NCBI GenBank assembly: GCA_026770705.1
Contig: JANJGN010000021.1
Coordinates: 98,394,001-98,458,000 of the forward strand
Length of the DNA: 64,000 bases
Direction of reading: 5' to 3'
From: Isurus oxyrinchus
Taxonomy: Eukaryota
Positions 50,285 to 63,000 of this stretch are shown in pieces. The notes under the pieces are model-generated. The model searched no databases. It was not told the origin of the DNA and saw only the letters and a list, made by a program, of their open reading frames with translations. The translations under genes and the position numbers were made by a program. Position 1 is the stretch's first letter. The number at the start of each line of letters is the position of its first letter.

Positions 50285-52365
50285 TAGAACCATACAACCA
50301 TAGAAAAGTTACAGCACAGAAGGGGGCCATTCGGCCCATCTTGTCCATGCGAGCCCGAGGACACCAGGTGCTCTTTCTAATCCCACCTTCCTGCACCCAA
50401 CCCACAGCTCTGCATCTTACAGCACTGTAGGTGCAGATACAGGTACTTTTTAAACGAGTTTAAAGTTTCTGCCTCTTCCACCAACTTGGGCAGCGAATTC
50501 CAGACACCCACTACCCTCTGTGTAAAAAAGTTCTTCCTCATGAACCCCTACACCTTCTGCTACTTATCTTGAATCTATGTCCCCTGGTTCTAGAATTCTC
50601 CACCAAGGGAAACAATTTTATCCTGTCCACTCGATCTATTCCCCTCATAACTTTGTACACCTCAATCAAGTCACCTCTCAGCCTTCTTTGTTCTAAGGAA
50701 AATAACCCCAACCTATCCAATCTCTCCTCGTAGCTACACTTTTCTAACCCTGGCAACATTCTTGTAAACCTCCTCTGCACTCTCTCCTGAGCTAGTACTT
50801 CCTTCCTGTAACGTGGTGACCAGAACTGCACACAATATTCCAGCTGTGGCCTCACCAGTCTTTTATACAATTCCAACATTATATCCTTACTTTTATACTC
50901 TACACCACTGCCAATGAAGGAGAGCATTCCATATGCCTTCTTTACAACCTTGTCTACTTGAACTGCTGCCTTCAGGGACCTGTGTACTTGTACTCCAAGA
51001 TCTCTCACTTCACCTCTTCAACCCTGTAAGTATATTCCCATTTATTATGTAATCGCTGTATCTGTTTGACCTCCCTAAATGTATGACCTCACATTTCTCT
51101 ATGTTAAAATCCACCTGCCACTTTACCGCCCAGTCCACCAACCCATCTTTTTCATTTTGGAGATTATGGCTCTCCTCTACACTATCCACTACTCGGCTAA
51201 TCTTTGTGTTATTTGCAAAATTCCCAATCGTGCCCCCCACGTTCACATCCAAATCACTAATATATAACACAAAAAGCGGGCCCAACACCGAGCCCTGAAG
51301 AACACCACATGAGACAACTTTCCATTCGCAAAGGCATCCATCAACCATTACCCTTTGTTTCCTGATACAAAGCCAACTTTTTATCCAAGTTGTCACATTA
51401 CCCAGAATCCCATGGGCTTTTACTTTCCTGATCAATCTGCCATGTGGGACCTTGTCAAATGCATTGCTAAAATCCATGTACACAACATCCACTGCAATAC
51501 CTTCATCAACCCTTCTTGTCACTTCCTCAAAGAATTCAATCAAATTTGTGAGGCAAGACTTTCCTTTAACAAAACTAAGCTGACCATCCCTGACTAGTCC
51601 ATGCCTTTCCACATGACAGTTAATCCTATCTCTCAGGATTGATTCTACTAATTTGCTCACCACCGATGTAAGACTAACTGGCCTATAACTGTTTGGCATT
51701 TCCTTTGATCCCTTTTTAAACAATGGAACTATGTTTGCATTTCTCCAGTCCTCCGGTACCTCCTCTGTATCTAGTGAAGATTGGAAAATCATCCTCAGAG
51801 CATCTGCTATCTCCTCCCTAACTTCCTTCAGCAGCCTTGGAAACAATCCATCTGGGTCTGGTGACTTATCCACTTAAGGACTTCAGCCCTTCAAGTACTT
51901 CCTCTCTCTCTATGACTATCCCATCCAATATCTCATAGTGTTCCTCCTGGACTACTATATCTACATCCTCCATTTCTTTTGTAAACATGGAGACAAAATA
52001 TTCATTCAAAACCCTTCCCACAGCCTCTGCATCTACACACAAGTTTCCATCTTCATCACTGATAGGTCCCACTTTTTCCTTAACTAACCTTTTAGCATTA
52101 ATGTATTGGTAAAACATCTTTAGTTTATCTTTAACTTTACTTGCTAATCTTGTTTCATGCCCTCTCCTTGGTTTCCTTATTTCCTTTTCTACTTCGTCCC
52201 CGCACTTCATATATTCGTCTAGGCTATCTGCAGTGCTTAGTTCGTTGTGCCTACCGGACGCTTTCTTTTTCTGTTTGATCTTCCCCTGTATTCCTCTAGA
52301 CAACCAGGGAGGTCTAGATTTGGCAGTACCACTCTTATTTTTGTAGGGGACATGTCTACTTTGTA
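50285..52365 (-). mobile_element. 5'-truncated CR1 LINE (RT to 3' UTR)
   Basis: ORFs 52303-51866, 51873-51010 and 51008-50538 give SYRPVSLTSVVSK, YMDFSNAFDKVPH and QGSVLGP; the catalytic motif has decayed to FANN. Confidence 0.95.
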
Positions 52366-52639
52366 CAATGGAACAGATGTTCGCAGCTTTCGCCCAGATT
52401 TAACAAGGAGGCCGTAGCGTCCCGCTGGTGTTGTCAGTTTTATCGCTCTGTTAACATCCTGTTCCACTGGCCATGCTTCCGGACACAACAGCTTGCACTC
52501 AACCCGATTTTCAATTCATTGTCGCCAGCTTTGCAGCCGTTTTGCTACTGCCTGATTTGTTGTCGTGTCAGTATCACCCACTTAAGTTGCCAAGTCCCTT
52601 TCGCCAACTTGGCTGCTCGTTTGGTTCTTGCCTGATTAA

Positions 52640-54405
52640 GTGGTAGGCCCATTAAGGTCCATAGTGGTAATTTGTTTGTGGAGCCAGAAGACATAGGTAG
52701 GGTTCTAAATGAATACTTTGTGTCGGTGTTCACAAGTGAGAGGGATGACGTGGGTATGGAAATCAGGCAGAAGGACTGTGATATAATTAAATAAATTAGC
52801 ATTGATAGGAGGTTCTAAATAGTCCAGCAGGCTTAAAACTAGATAAAACTAGATAAATCTCCAGGCCTGGATGAAATGTATCCCAAACTGATGAGTGAGG
52901 CAAGGGAGGAGATAGCAGGGGTGTTGGCAATAATTTTCAATACCTCTCTGGTCACGGGAGAGGTGCCAGATGACTGGAGGACAGCCAATGTGGTACCATT
53001 ATTCAAGAAGGGAGGAAGAGATAAACCAGGGAACTACAAGCCAGTCAGTCTAACCTCAGTGGTGGAGAAACTATTGGAAGCAATTCTGAGGGACAGAATT
53101 AATCTACACTTGGAGAGGCAGGGATTAATCAAGGACAGTCAGTATGGTTTTGTTAGGGGGAGGTTATGTCTGACCAATTTGATTGAATTTTTCAAAGAGG
53201 TGACCAGGTGTGTAGATGAGGAAAATGTATTTGACAAAGTCTTATTGGACTTCAGCAAGACTTTTGATAAGATCCCACATGGGAGACTGATAATGAAGGT
53301 AAGAGCCCACAGGCTCCAAGGCAATTTGGCAAATTGGATCCAGAATTGGCTGAGTGGCAGGAAACAGAGGGTGATGGTCGAGGGGTGTTTTTGTGACTGG
53401 ATGCCTGTGTCTAGTGTCACAGGGATTGGTGTTGGGTCCCTTGCTCTTTGTGGTATATATATAAACGATTTAGACTTGAATGGAGGAGGGTTGATCAGTA
53501 AGTTAATGGATGACATGAAAATTGGTGGGGTGATAAATAGTGAGGAAGATAACCTTAGATTACAGGAGGATATATATGGGCTGGACAGATGGGCTGATCA
53601 GTGGCAAATGGAAGTTAATCTGGATAAGTGTGAGGCGATGCACTTGGGCTGGATAAACAAGGCATGGGAATACATGATGAATGGTAGGACCCTGGGAAGT
53701 ACCAAGCATCAGAGGGACATTGGTGTGCATGTCCACTGGTCCCTTAAGGTAGCAGGACAGGTAAATAAGGTGGCTAAGAAGGCATATGGAATACTTGCCT
53801 TTATTACCGAAGCATATAAGAGCAGGGAGCTGGAACTGTATAAATGCTGATTAGGCCACAGCTTGAGTATTGTGTGCAGTTCTGGAATCCACATTATAGG
53901 AAGGATGTGATTGCACTAGAGAGAGTGCAGTGGAGATTTAGCCGGATGTTGCCTGGCTGGAGAGTTTTAGTTATGAGGAGAGATTGGATAGACTGGGGTT
54001 ATTTTTTCTGGAGCAGAGGAGATTGAGGGGGGGACATGATTGAGGTGTATAAAATTATGAGGGGCATAGATAGGGTAGGCAGGAAGGAACATTTCCCCTT
54101 GGTGGAGGGATCAATAGCCAGGGGGCATAGATTTAAGGTAAAGGCAGGAGGTTTAGAGGGGATGTGAGGAAGAATTTTTTCACCCAGAGGGCGGTGGGAA
54201 TCTGGAATTCACTGCCTGAAAGGGTGGTAGAGGCAGAAATACTCAAAACATTTCAGGAGTATTTGGATGTGCACCTGCAATGCCATACAATGCTATGGGC
54301 CTAGTGCTGGAAAATGGGAGTAGAATAGTTAGGTATTTGTTTGACCGGCACAGACTCGATGGGCCAAAGGGCCTTTTTCTGCACTGTCGACTTCTATGTC
54401 TCTAT
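52640..54405 (+). mobile_element. 5'-truncated CR1 LINE (RT to 3' UTR)
   Basis: ORF 52876-53850 has NYKPVSLTSVVEK, LDFSKTFDKIPH and KLMDD; frameshifted C-terminus [11 protein letters not shown]. Confidence 0.95.
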
Positions 54406-54614
54406 GTATTGACCCCATCTGTTCTCATGTTCCTGCAACTCTTTTTCCCTTCATCATTTGACCAATCTAATCATAAATGTTGGCTTAAAGCCTCCCTCAA
54501 ATTCTATCACTCCTTAGCTCTGTCTAAATATCTTACATTTAACCTAGTATGGATGATCCTCGTTATTGAGATAACAGCTACTTAAGATAGTGTGCTCCAA
54601 TACATCCTTGGACT

Positions 54615-54880
54615 CACAGACATTTGCAGCACAGAAGGAGGCCCTTCAGCCCATCGTGTCTGTGCCAGTCAACAAGATCTGACTACATCCTATATTCCAG
54701 CGCTTGGCCCTTAGCCCTGGAGACTATGGCAATGCCAGTGAATCTCTAAATACTTCTTAATTGTTACGATTTTCTGACTCAACCACCCTGTCAGGCAGTG
54801 AATTTCTCTTCAACTCCCCTCTTATCCTTCTACCTCTTACCTGAAATCTATGCCCCCTGGTTTTGACCCCTCTACGAATG
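54615..54880 (-). mobile_element. CR1 3' end
   Basis: CAGCACAGAAGGAGGCCCTTCAGCCCATCG..AATCTATGCCCCCTGGTT. Confidence 0.7.
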
Positions 54881-55222
54881 AGGTAGCATCTGAGTGAATG
54901 TGGCCTGTAGCTTTTTTAAAGCTCAATGACCCACAATGGTGGGAATCTCAGCACTGCATGCAGCACACTCACTGAGGTTGCATTAAACCTATGTGCAGGC
55001 TTCTCATTACGTCTTGCCTTTTATATTCTATACTTCTTTTGACAAAACCCAGCATTCAATTAGGAAATGTTTCCTCAATAAAAGTTGAAACTCTTACGCA
55101 AGCAAAGCCATGGACCTTGCCATAACTGATGTCAAAAAAGCAAATATAATCATGGGCAGGGGTGAGAAAAGATTTTTGGCAAAGCTGCTGTGCAATAACA
55201 AAAAAAAATGCCCTTGCCTTAC

Positions 55223-55327
55223 CTTTTCGCCTTCTCCACTTTACATACAACAGAATAATGATTGCCAGTAACACCAGTACACCAGTGACAATCAGCCCCA
55301 CATGTTTGCCTTCCTTCATTTTTCCTT
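55223..55327 (-). CDS. MHC class I-like heavy chain, connecting peptide/transmembrane exon
   Basis: TTTCAG acceptor, GTAAG donor, 105 nt, phase 1-1: (E)GKMKEGKHVGLIVTGVLVLLAIIILLYVKWRRRK. Confidence 0.85.
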
Positions 55328-57300
55328 CTGAAACATGTTAGAAAGACGTTTTAATATAATTTTATATATGAATAGACTATATATATATATGGATACCTAT
55401 GACACAGCTCATGTAATAAGAGAATATGGAGTTTAATATGAATTGTGCCCAAACCAAAGATTGCATTATATTAGATTTAGACAGAAGGAGGAGGAGGAAG
55501 AGTAAGGGTGAGGATATGTGAGGAGGGAAAGTGAGAGAGGAGGGGAAGGAAGGGGCCGGCAAAAGGAAAAGCAAGTCAGAGAGGGAGTGGACAGGGCAGG
55601 AAGGAGCGGGAGCAGATGGCTGGCAAGGAGTGAGATAGGGGAGGTAAGAGTCGTTTGGCCAGAAAAGGTTCCTCAATTCCAGGATGGGATCATATCAGCC
55701 TAAACCCATTCATGGCTTTGCTCAGTGGGCGGGGGCACACAGCCTGAAATGTTCATGGCGGGAGGGAAGGCAAAAGACGAGTTACTCTGCTTTGTGGTTC
55801 CAGGATATAGTGGGGTGAGGGGAAGAGGGAGAGGCGCAGAAGCTGCTCAGTTTTGTTTTTGCAGTGGAAATCCCTGATTACTGCTCAGTGTATAAGGGAA
55901 GCCCTGAATAGATAATGATCATGGTTGTGCGGCAGGGAGGCGAGGCCGGTTGTCCTGTTCCCTTTGGGAAAAATGGATCAGTGATGGGATTTAGAGGCCT
56001 AAGTTTCTACGTGGTTTGTGGTGGACAGTTATGGGAGGATCTGAGGGATGGGAACAAGGGCCAAGGTCAGTGGTAGGACTGTTCACTTGGATGGGGAGGG
56101 TGTGGGGGAGGGCTGGGGCTCAGTGGGGAACAAAGAGCAGTGGCCAAAACACTCCTTCATGAGGGGTCTGGTCCCAAGGTATAGTATCTGCTACATGAGG
56201 AAACAAGGCAAAAGGGTGAACAGTGGTGGGTGGGAGTGGAGGGTAATTCCCTGAAAGTTTCCTCATGGTCAAAAGCAATGGTCCTAGTGAATGTGGGAAA
56301 ACTGGGATATTGATCGAGCTCCTGGTGAACATAGGCTTGGTCAGGGACAAGAGAGTTTGGCTTATTGACTGCTAAGTGGGGCAAAAATAATGGTCCTGGT
56401 GAATGAGAGGAAGGAAAAAGACAATGACCCTGGTGAATGGGGGCAGTGAAGAGGCTGTAAATGTGGCTCGTGGTGGTGGTGTGGGGGGGGGTGGGTGGAT
56501 AAATGCAATTTGCCACAGATATGAATGCGTTGCTGGAAGGTCCATGGAAAAAGATTCTGGTCACGGTGCCTATTAAGGGAGGGGCAAAGCTTGCAGAGCC
56601 CGTTATTGCTTGCTTATTGGCTGTGGGGGAGGGGGCAGAAGGGAGGTGTAAGAAGCCCTTATCTGTGGGTCTGGTGAGAGTAGCAATGTGAGGGGGCAAT
56701 TTAATAGTTGATGTCTAGTATGCCAGCTCCCATGTCTGAGGGATAGAGCTTCTTTAACCACTGTCGCAGGTCTCTGTGTTGGAACTTTTGGGGTTGGGGC
56801 TCAAGGTGTAACGTTCCTTGCCCTAAAAATGTGAAATACACAATTATCTACATGAAATTTGCATTTCATTCAAATAGTTTAAACTTAGCTGCTTTTACCT
56901 ATACTGCTCCACACTGACATGCAGTGGCCAGAGCCAGTAACTGCATACAGACTCCTTCTGTGAAGACTGTACTAACGCCACTATCCAGCAAGGGTCGCCT
57001 TATGCTGTGGTGTTAAATTAGGTGGTACTCTTATCATGTTCACTTCCGTCACAATGACGCTGTGTTCACAACTGCGTGCAGCAGTTTTGAAATCTTCGCT
57101 CACCTTTTTCAAGGTAGGCAGATAGAGAAATATAGAGAGACAGATGGAAATATGATTAGATGAAAGTGTGTATGTGCAGATAATAACGCAGATGCGCAAT
57201 GAGCCGGTACCTTCACCTCCGATTGCTTAACTAGAGTGATTAGTGTGAAACGACTGGGGCCGGCACGCGTTGGACGACAGCACCAGAAAATTGATCTTAC

Positions 57301-57567
57301 CCCAGGAGACAGTCTTCCCACCCGGCAAGCTGCTGTGCTCAATATGGCAGGAATACTGTTTCCCGTCATACGGGTCAAATTGAAGGGTTTTCGTTAGTTG
57401 ATACGTCCCATCATCATTGGGCAGTAAGCCGGTCGAGTTGGTCTCGGGGACACGTTCTCCGTTCTTCAGCCAGGTCACACGGATGGCCTGCGGGTAAAAT
57501 CCACGCACAATGCACTGTAGAAAGCAATTATGCCCATCTCTGGCAATGATTGACACCTCGGGAGGAA
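57301..57567 (-). CDS. MHC class I-like heavy chain, alpha3 (Ig C1-set) exon
   Basis: CAG/GTAAG bounded, 267 nt, phase 1-1: VPPEVSII..LQCIVRGFYPQAIRVTWLKNG..LPNDDGTYQL..YSCHIEHSSL..VSW. Confidence 0.95.
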
Positions 57568-57867
57568 CTGGACGATAGAATGAAAATTATTCTCAACTTC
57601 AACGTAAATCGGACTTTTCATTATGAAATCAAGTGGGGGGGGGCGGTAATTGGCGGGGTGGGGGGGGGGGGCAGACTCGATGGGCCGAAGGGCCTCTTCT
57701 GCACATGTGTGATTCTGTGAATTGTAGCCTTTGCTGCTAATGTAAAATAGGCAATATCGAACCAGCCCCGCCTGTTAACGAGTGTGCCCAACAGAAAAGG
57801 ATCTAATATCACTTACTGTACACTAACGGCGAGCTTTAAGATTACCCCTGGGCTGTTCTGAACTTAC

Positions 57868-58143
57868 CTTCTCTGGTTAGGGATGTATTCCCAACTGAAT
57901 AGTATGTCCACCAAAGTTCCACGCAGTCCTTCTCTAACAGGCTCTTGAAATACTTGTTCATTTTTTTTTCTTTATTCCACTTGACCTCTAATTCCTGAGC
58001 TGCTGGAATATGTGCAGTCCAAACCAACGTGTTTTTATCAAAACTGAATGCGTACCTCCCATCAAGAGCAAACTTCAAAATCCCTCCACTCGGCTTTGTA
58101 TCAGTCAGCTCACAGCCAAACAGTCCTTGTACGTAATGGATAC
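57868..58143 (-). CDS. MHC class I-like heavy chain, alpha2 exon
   Basis: TTTTGCAG/GTAAG bounded, 276 nt, phase 1-1: GIHYVQGLFGCELTDTKPSGGILKFALDGRYAFSFDKNTLVWTAHIPAAQELEVKWNKEKKMNKYFKSLLEKDCVELWWTYYSVGNTSLTRE; both disulphide cysteines present. Confidence 0.95.
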
Positions 58144-58990
58144 CTGCAAAATTAATTCAATCGATGAATGCTTAAAAACATATCGCATCTGTTCTCACCT
58201 AATCTGAGAATTTCACTTATTTTCTCGTCACTTCATACCCAGTCATTTTTTTCTTTACAAGTGAGTTCAGTATAGAAAACAAGTATCATTACTTGGGGAT
58301 GTAGAACAGTCGGCACCAAATTTAAGCCCAGAACTGTGAGCTCCAATCTTTTCCTTTTCTCCGCCGGTGGTCGTTTCCTTAAACAATTTCCTTGTCGTGA
58401 TTTATTCAGTTCGATTTTAAGTAATTCTGTAATAGCTGCATCAGTAAAATTGCAAATTATGATGGAAAAAATCCTAATTTCTACCGTTGTTCTGTGTGTC
58501 CCTTATTAACAACACAGCAGCCACGGAAGGGAAGCATTCATTGGCGAGACTGTCAAAGATCGACGTAACTTCCAAAACCTCTCACAATCTCCACGCACCT
58601 TGTCTATGTCTGTAAATATGTGCTACTTTTCGAGTCTGTCTTCATAAATATAAAAACTCATTCTTGTGAATCTCTCTTCTATGGGATTAATATCCTTGCT
58701 GTCGTAGGTACTCAAAACCGCATGCATACAAACTCTGTCCTAGCCATTGTCTTCTTTAGGCCACCGTCATATGCAATAAATACCCTTAGGCCAATTATCG
58801 ATTGAGGGGTAAAGCAGCACTTTGTTGCACGGGTGCCACTTGAAATTGGTATTTCGTTTGATGTCAGAACTTAAAATATATCCTGGGAGTTAAGTTTCAA
58901 TTTAGCTGGGCTACCAAACGACTGGTAGCGGGAAATCCGTCAGTTATACTCCCAGGTCCATCATAGCTTGAAGTGAATTCAAATGGAACG

Positions 58991-59865
58991 TGTAAGAGTT
59001 AATCAGGGACTTCTATTAGTAAAACAAAAGTCAGCAGAATTTTCCAGGTGAACCATGTACACCTTGGGGCAATATTAGCAGAACTCTCCAGAAAGAACTT
59101 TAAGGTCACAAGGGATTAACTGGTTAGGAGACATAAAGGGGGATGAGGGTAAACAGATAAAGACAAACAGTGCCAGGGATGGAGCCAGGCTCGAATGAGA
59201 TAAAGTGGCCTTGCTTGGTAAGGAAAAGATGCGTATGTGGGACTGAGAATCACAGAATCTCACAGTGCAGAAGATGCCCTTCGGCCCATCGAGTCTGCAC
59301 TGATATGTGATAAACATCTGACCTACCTACCTAATCCCATTTACCGGCACTTGGCCCATAGTCTTGAATGTTATTACGTGCCAAGTGCTCACCCAGGTAC
59401 TTTTTAAAGGATGTGAGGCAACCCACCTCCACTACCCTCCCAGGCAGCGCATTCCAGACCATCACCACCCTCTGGGTAAAAACGTTTTTCCTCACATCCC
59501 CCCCTAAACCTCCTGCCCCTCACCTTGAACCTGTGTCCCCTCGTGACTGACCCTTCAGCTAAGGGGAACAGCTGCTCCCTATCCACCTTGTCCATGCCCC
59601 TGATAATCTTGTACACCTCGATCAGGTTGCCCCTTAGTCTTCTCTGCTCCAACATCTGCTTATTATGCAATTATGTACTCACAAAATTAGAATTCGAAAA
59701 TAACACAATATCCAAGTGACTATATAAAAAAGATGGTTTTGCTGTAATTGGTGGAGTTCTGTTTTAGCCAGTCTAAGACAGACATTCCATGAGTTTGCTT
59801 GAATAAAACAATCATTAACCTGTACCTGAGTCTCCTGTGGTCGATTCTGAGAAAACACCACAACA
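58991..59865 (+). mobile_element. 5' LTR of a second, related ERV (interrupted by a CR1)
   Basis: Begins TGTAAG, TATATAA at 59721, AATAAA at 59802, ends CAACA at 59865; shares CCTGTACCTGAGTCTCCTG with the LTR at 27860-28323. The 5' boundary is tentative. Confidence 0.7.
59246..59652 (-). mobile_element. CR1 3' end inserted in the LTR
   Basis: LEQRRLRGNLIEVYKII..GHRFKV; close to 32760-33160. Confidence 0.9.
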
Positions 59866-59868
59866 ACC

Positions 59869-59886
59869 TGGCATAGTTGGCAGGAT
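59869..59886 (+). promoter_or_regulatory. Primer-binding site, tRNA-Ser
   Basis: TGGCATAGTTGGCAGGAT against TGGCGTAGTCGGCAGGAT (complement of the vertebrate tRNA-Ser 3' end); both mismatches are CpG transitions; 3 nt after the LTR end. Confidence 0.8.
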
Positions 59887-60065
59887 ACTCGCCTCAAACT
59901 ATCAGAGCGACGCTGCATAACGGGTGAGTAATGTTTGTTTACAACTTACAGTTAGTGCATTAAGCCAAGCCGAGGACGGTCCAGTCGAGCATCAAAGAAT
60001 CTAAAGAGGAACTCAGTACAAGAAGCACTGAGAGAAGAGAGATTACTAGCGTAGGGGCAAATCAA

Positions 60066-63000
60066 GTGCTAGTGGTATCCACGCAGGGGCCATGGCCGAA
60101 TCTGCTCAGGGGCTGTAGCCAAATCCGTGCTGGTGGTATCCGTGCAGGGGCAATAGCCAAATCCATGCAGAGGCCGTAGCCAAATCCGCGCTGGTGGTAT
60201 TCACGCAGGGACCATAGCCAAATCCATGCAGAGGCCGTAGCCAAATCCGCGCAGGTGGTATCCACGCAGGGGCCATAGACAAATCCCCGCTGGTGGCATC
60301 CACACAGGCTCAAAGACAAATATGTGCTGGTGGTATCCACGCAGGGGCCATAGCTAAATCCGCACAGGGGCCGTAGCTAAATCCATTCTGGTGGTATCCG
60401 CGCAGGGGCTATAGTCAAATCCGCATAGCAGCCGTAGCCAAATCCACACTGGTGGTATCCACGCAGGGGGCATGGCCAAATCCATGCAGGTGGTATCTAC
60501 GCAGGGGCCGTAGCTAAATCTGCACAAGTAGTATCCGCGCAGCAGCCGTAGCCAAATCCACGCTGCTGGTATCCGCGCAGGGGCCATAGCCAAATCTGTG
60601 CTGGTTGTATCTGTGCAGGGGCCATAGCCAAATCTGTGCTGGTGGTATCTGCGCAGGGGCCATAGCCAAATCCGCGCTAGTGGTATCCACACAGGGGCCA
60701 TGGCCAAATCCGCGCTAGTGGTATCCACACAAGGTCCATAGCTAAAATCCGTGCTGGTGGTATCCACACAGGGGCCATAGCCAAATCCAGGCATGGGCCG
60801 TAGCCAAATCCACGCTGGTAGTATCCACACAGGGGCCATAGCCAAATCCATGCATGGGCCGTAGCCAAATCCACGCTGGTGGTATCCACACAGGGGCCAT
60901 AGCCAAATCCGCGCAGGGGCCATAGCCAAATCCGTGCTGGTGGTATCCACGCAGGAGCCATAGTCAAATCCGTGCTGGTGGTATCCGCACAGGGGCCATA
61001 GTCAAATCCACACTGGTGGTACCCACGCAGGGGCCATGACCAAATCCGCACGGGTGGTATCCACACAGGGTCCATAGCTAAATCCATGCTGTGGTATCCA
61101 CACAAGGGCCATAGTCAAATCCATGCTGGTGGTATCCGCGCAGGGGGCATGGCCAAATCCGTGCTGGTGGTATCCACACAGGGGCTGTAGCTAAATCCAT
61201 GCTGGTGGTATCCACACAGGGTCCACAGCCAAATCCACACTGGTGGTATCCGCGCAGGGGGCATGGCCAAATCCACGCTGGTGGTATCCACACAGGGGCC
61301 ATAATCAAATCCGTGTTGGTGGTATCCGCACAGGGTCCATAGCCAAATCCACACTGGTGGTATCCGCGCAGGAGGCATGGCCAAATCCGTGCTGGTGGTA
61401 TTCGCACAGGGTCCATAGCCAAATCCACACTGGTGGTATCCGCGCAGGGGGCATGGCCAAATCCGTGCTGGTGGTATCTGCACAGGGGCTGTAGCTAAAT
61501 CCGCGCCAGTAGTATCCGCGCAGGGGCTATAGCCAAATCCGCGCAGCAGCCATAGCCAAATCCACACTGGTGGTATCCACGCAGGGGGCATAGCCAAATC
61601 CGTGCAGGTGGTATCCACGCAGGGGCCATAGCCAAATCCATGCTGCTGGGATCCGCGCAGGGGCCATAGCCACCACGCAGGGGGCATAGCCAAATCCGTG
61701 CAGGTGGTATCCACGCAGGGGCCATAGCCAAATCCGTGCAGGTGGTATCCACGCAGGGGGCATAGCCAAATCCGTGCAGGTGGTATCCACGCAGGGGCCA
61801 TAGCCAAATCCATGAAGGTGGTATCCACGCAGGGGGCATAGCCAAATCCGCGCTAGTGATATCCACACATGGTCTGTAGCTAAAATCTGTGCTGGTGGTA
61901 TTCACGCAGGGGCCATAGCCAAATCTGCACTGGTGGTATCCACGCAGGGGCCGTAGCTAAATCCATGCTGGTGGTATCCGCACAGAAGCCATAGTTAAAT
62001 CCGTGCTGGTGGTATTCACGCAGGGGCCATAGCCAAATCTGCACTGGTGGTATCCACGCAGGGGCCGTAGCTAAATCCACGCTGGTGGTATCCACACAGG
62101 GGCCATAGCTAAATCCGTGCTGGTGGTAACCGCACAGGGGCCGTAGCTAAATTTACGCTGGTGGTATCCACACAGGGGCCATAGCCAAATCTGTGCCGGT
62201 GCTATCTGCACAGGAGCCATAGCCAAATCCTCACGGGTGGTATCTGCGCAGGGGCCATAGCCAAATCCGCGAAGGTGGTATCCACGCAGGGGCCATAGCC
62301 AAATCCACGCTGGTGGTATCCACGCAGGAGCCATAGCCAAATCCGCACGGGTGGTATCTGCGCAGGGGCCATAGCCAAATCCACGAGGGTGGTATCCACG
62401 CAGGGGCCATAGCCAAATCCGCAAGTGTGGTATCTGCGCAGAGGCCATAGCCAAATCTGTGCGGGTGGTATCCACACAGGGACCATGGCCAAATCCGTGC
62501 TGGTGGTATCCACACAGAGGCCATAGACAAATCCGTGCGGGTGGTATCTGCGCAGGGGCCATAGCCAAATCCACGCTGGTGGTATTCACACAGGGTCCAT
62601 AGCTAAATCCATGCTGTGGTATCCACACAAGGGCCATAGTCAAATCCATGCTGGTGGTATCCGCGCAGGGGGCATGGCCAAATCCGTGCTGGTGGTATCC
62701 ACACAGGGGCTGTAGCTAAATCCATGCTGGTGGTATCCACACAGGGGACATAGCCAAATCCGCGCAGGGGCCATAGCCAAATCCGTGCTGGTGGTATCCA
62801 CGCAGGAGCCATAGTCAAATCCGTGCTGGTGGTATCCGCACAGGGGCCATAGTCAAATCCACACTGGTGGTACCCACGCAGGGGCCATGACCAAATCCGC
62901 ACGGGTGGTATCCACACAGGGTCCATAGCTAAATCCATGCTGTGGTATCCACACAAGGGCCATAGTCAAATCCATGCTGGTGGTATCCGCGCAGGGGGCA

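Noticed and set aside
52876-53850. 324-aa reverse transcriptase ORF as an active or domesticated gene
   Set aside because: 5'-truncated CR1 with a disrupted PQGSVLGP region, an altered catalytic motif context and a frameshifted C-terminus.
55480-56700. 180-aa ORF 56699-56157 in the MHC intron
   Set aside because: Purine-skewed decayed repeat-like sequence with no recognisable domain; probably an old LINE remnant that I could not classify.
55223-58143. Assignment as MHC class II beta or W-category beta
   Set aside because: The membrane-distal exon starts GIH..Q..GC and has DG, WTA and KW class I alpha2 hallmarks, and the TM lacks the Gly-rich class II pairing motif. Kept only as a minor alternative until alpha1 is found.
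58485-58760. Candidate MHC alpha1 or leader exon ending TQNN|G at a phase-1 GT
   Set aside because: An in-frame TGA lies about 32 codons upstream, the donor is weak, and there are no alpha1 motifs or signal-peptide frame.
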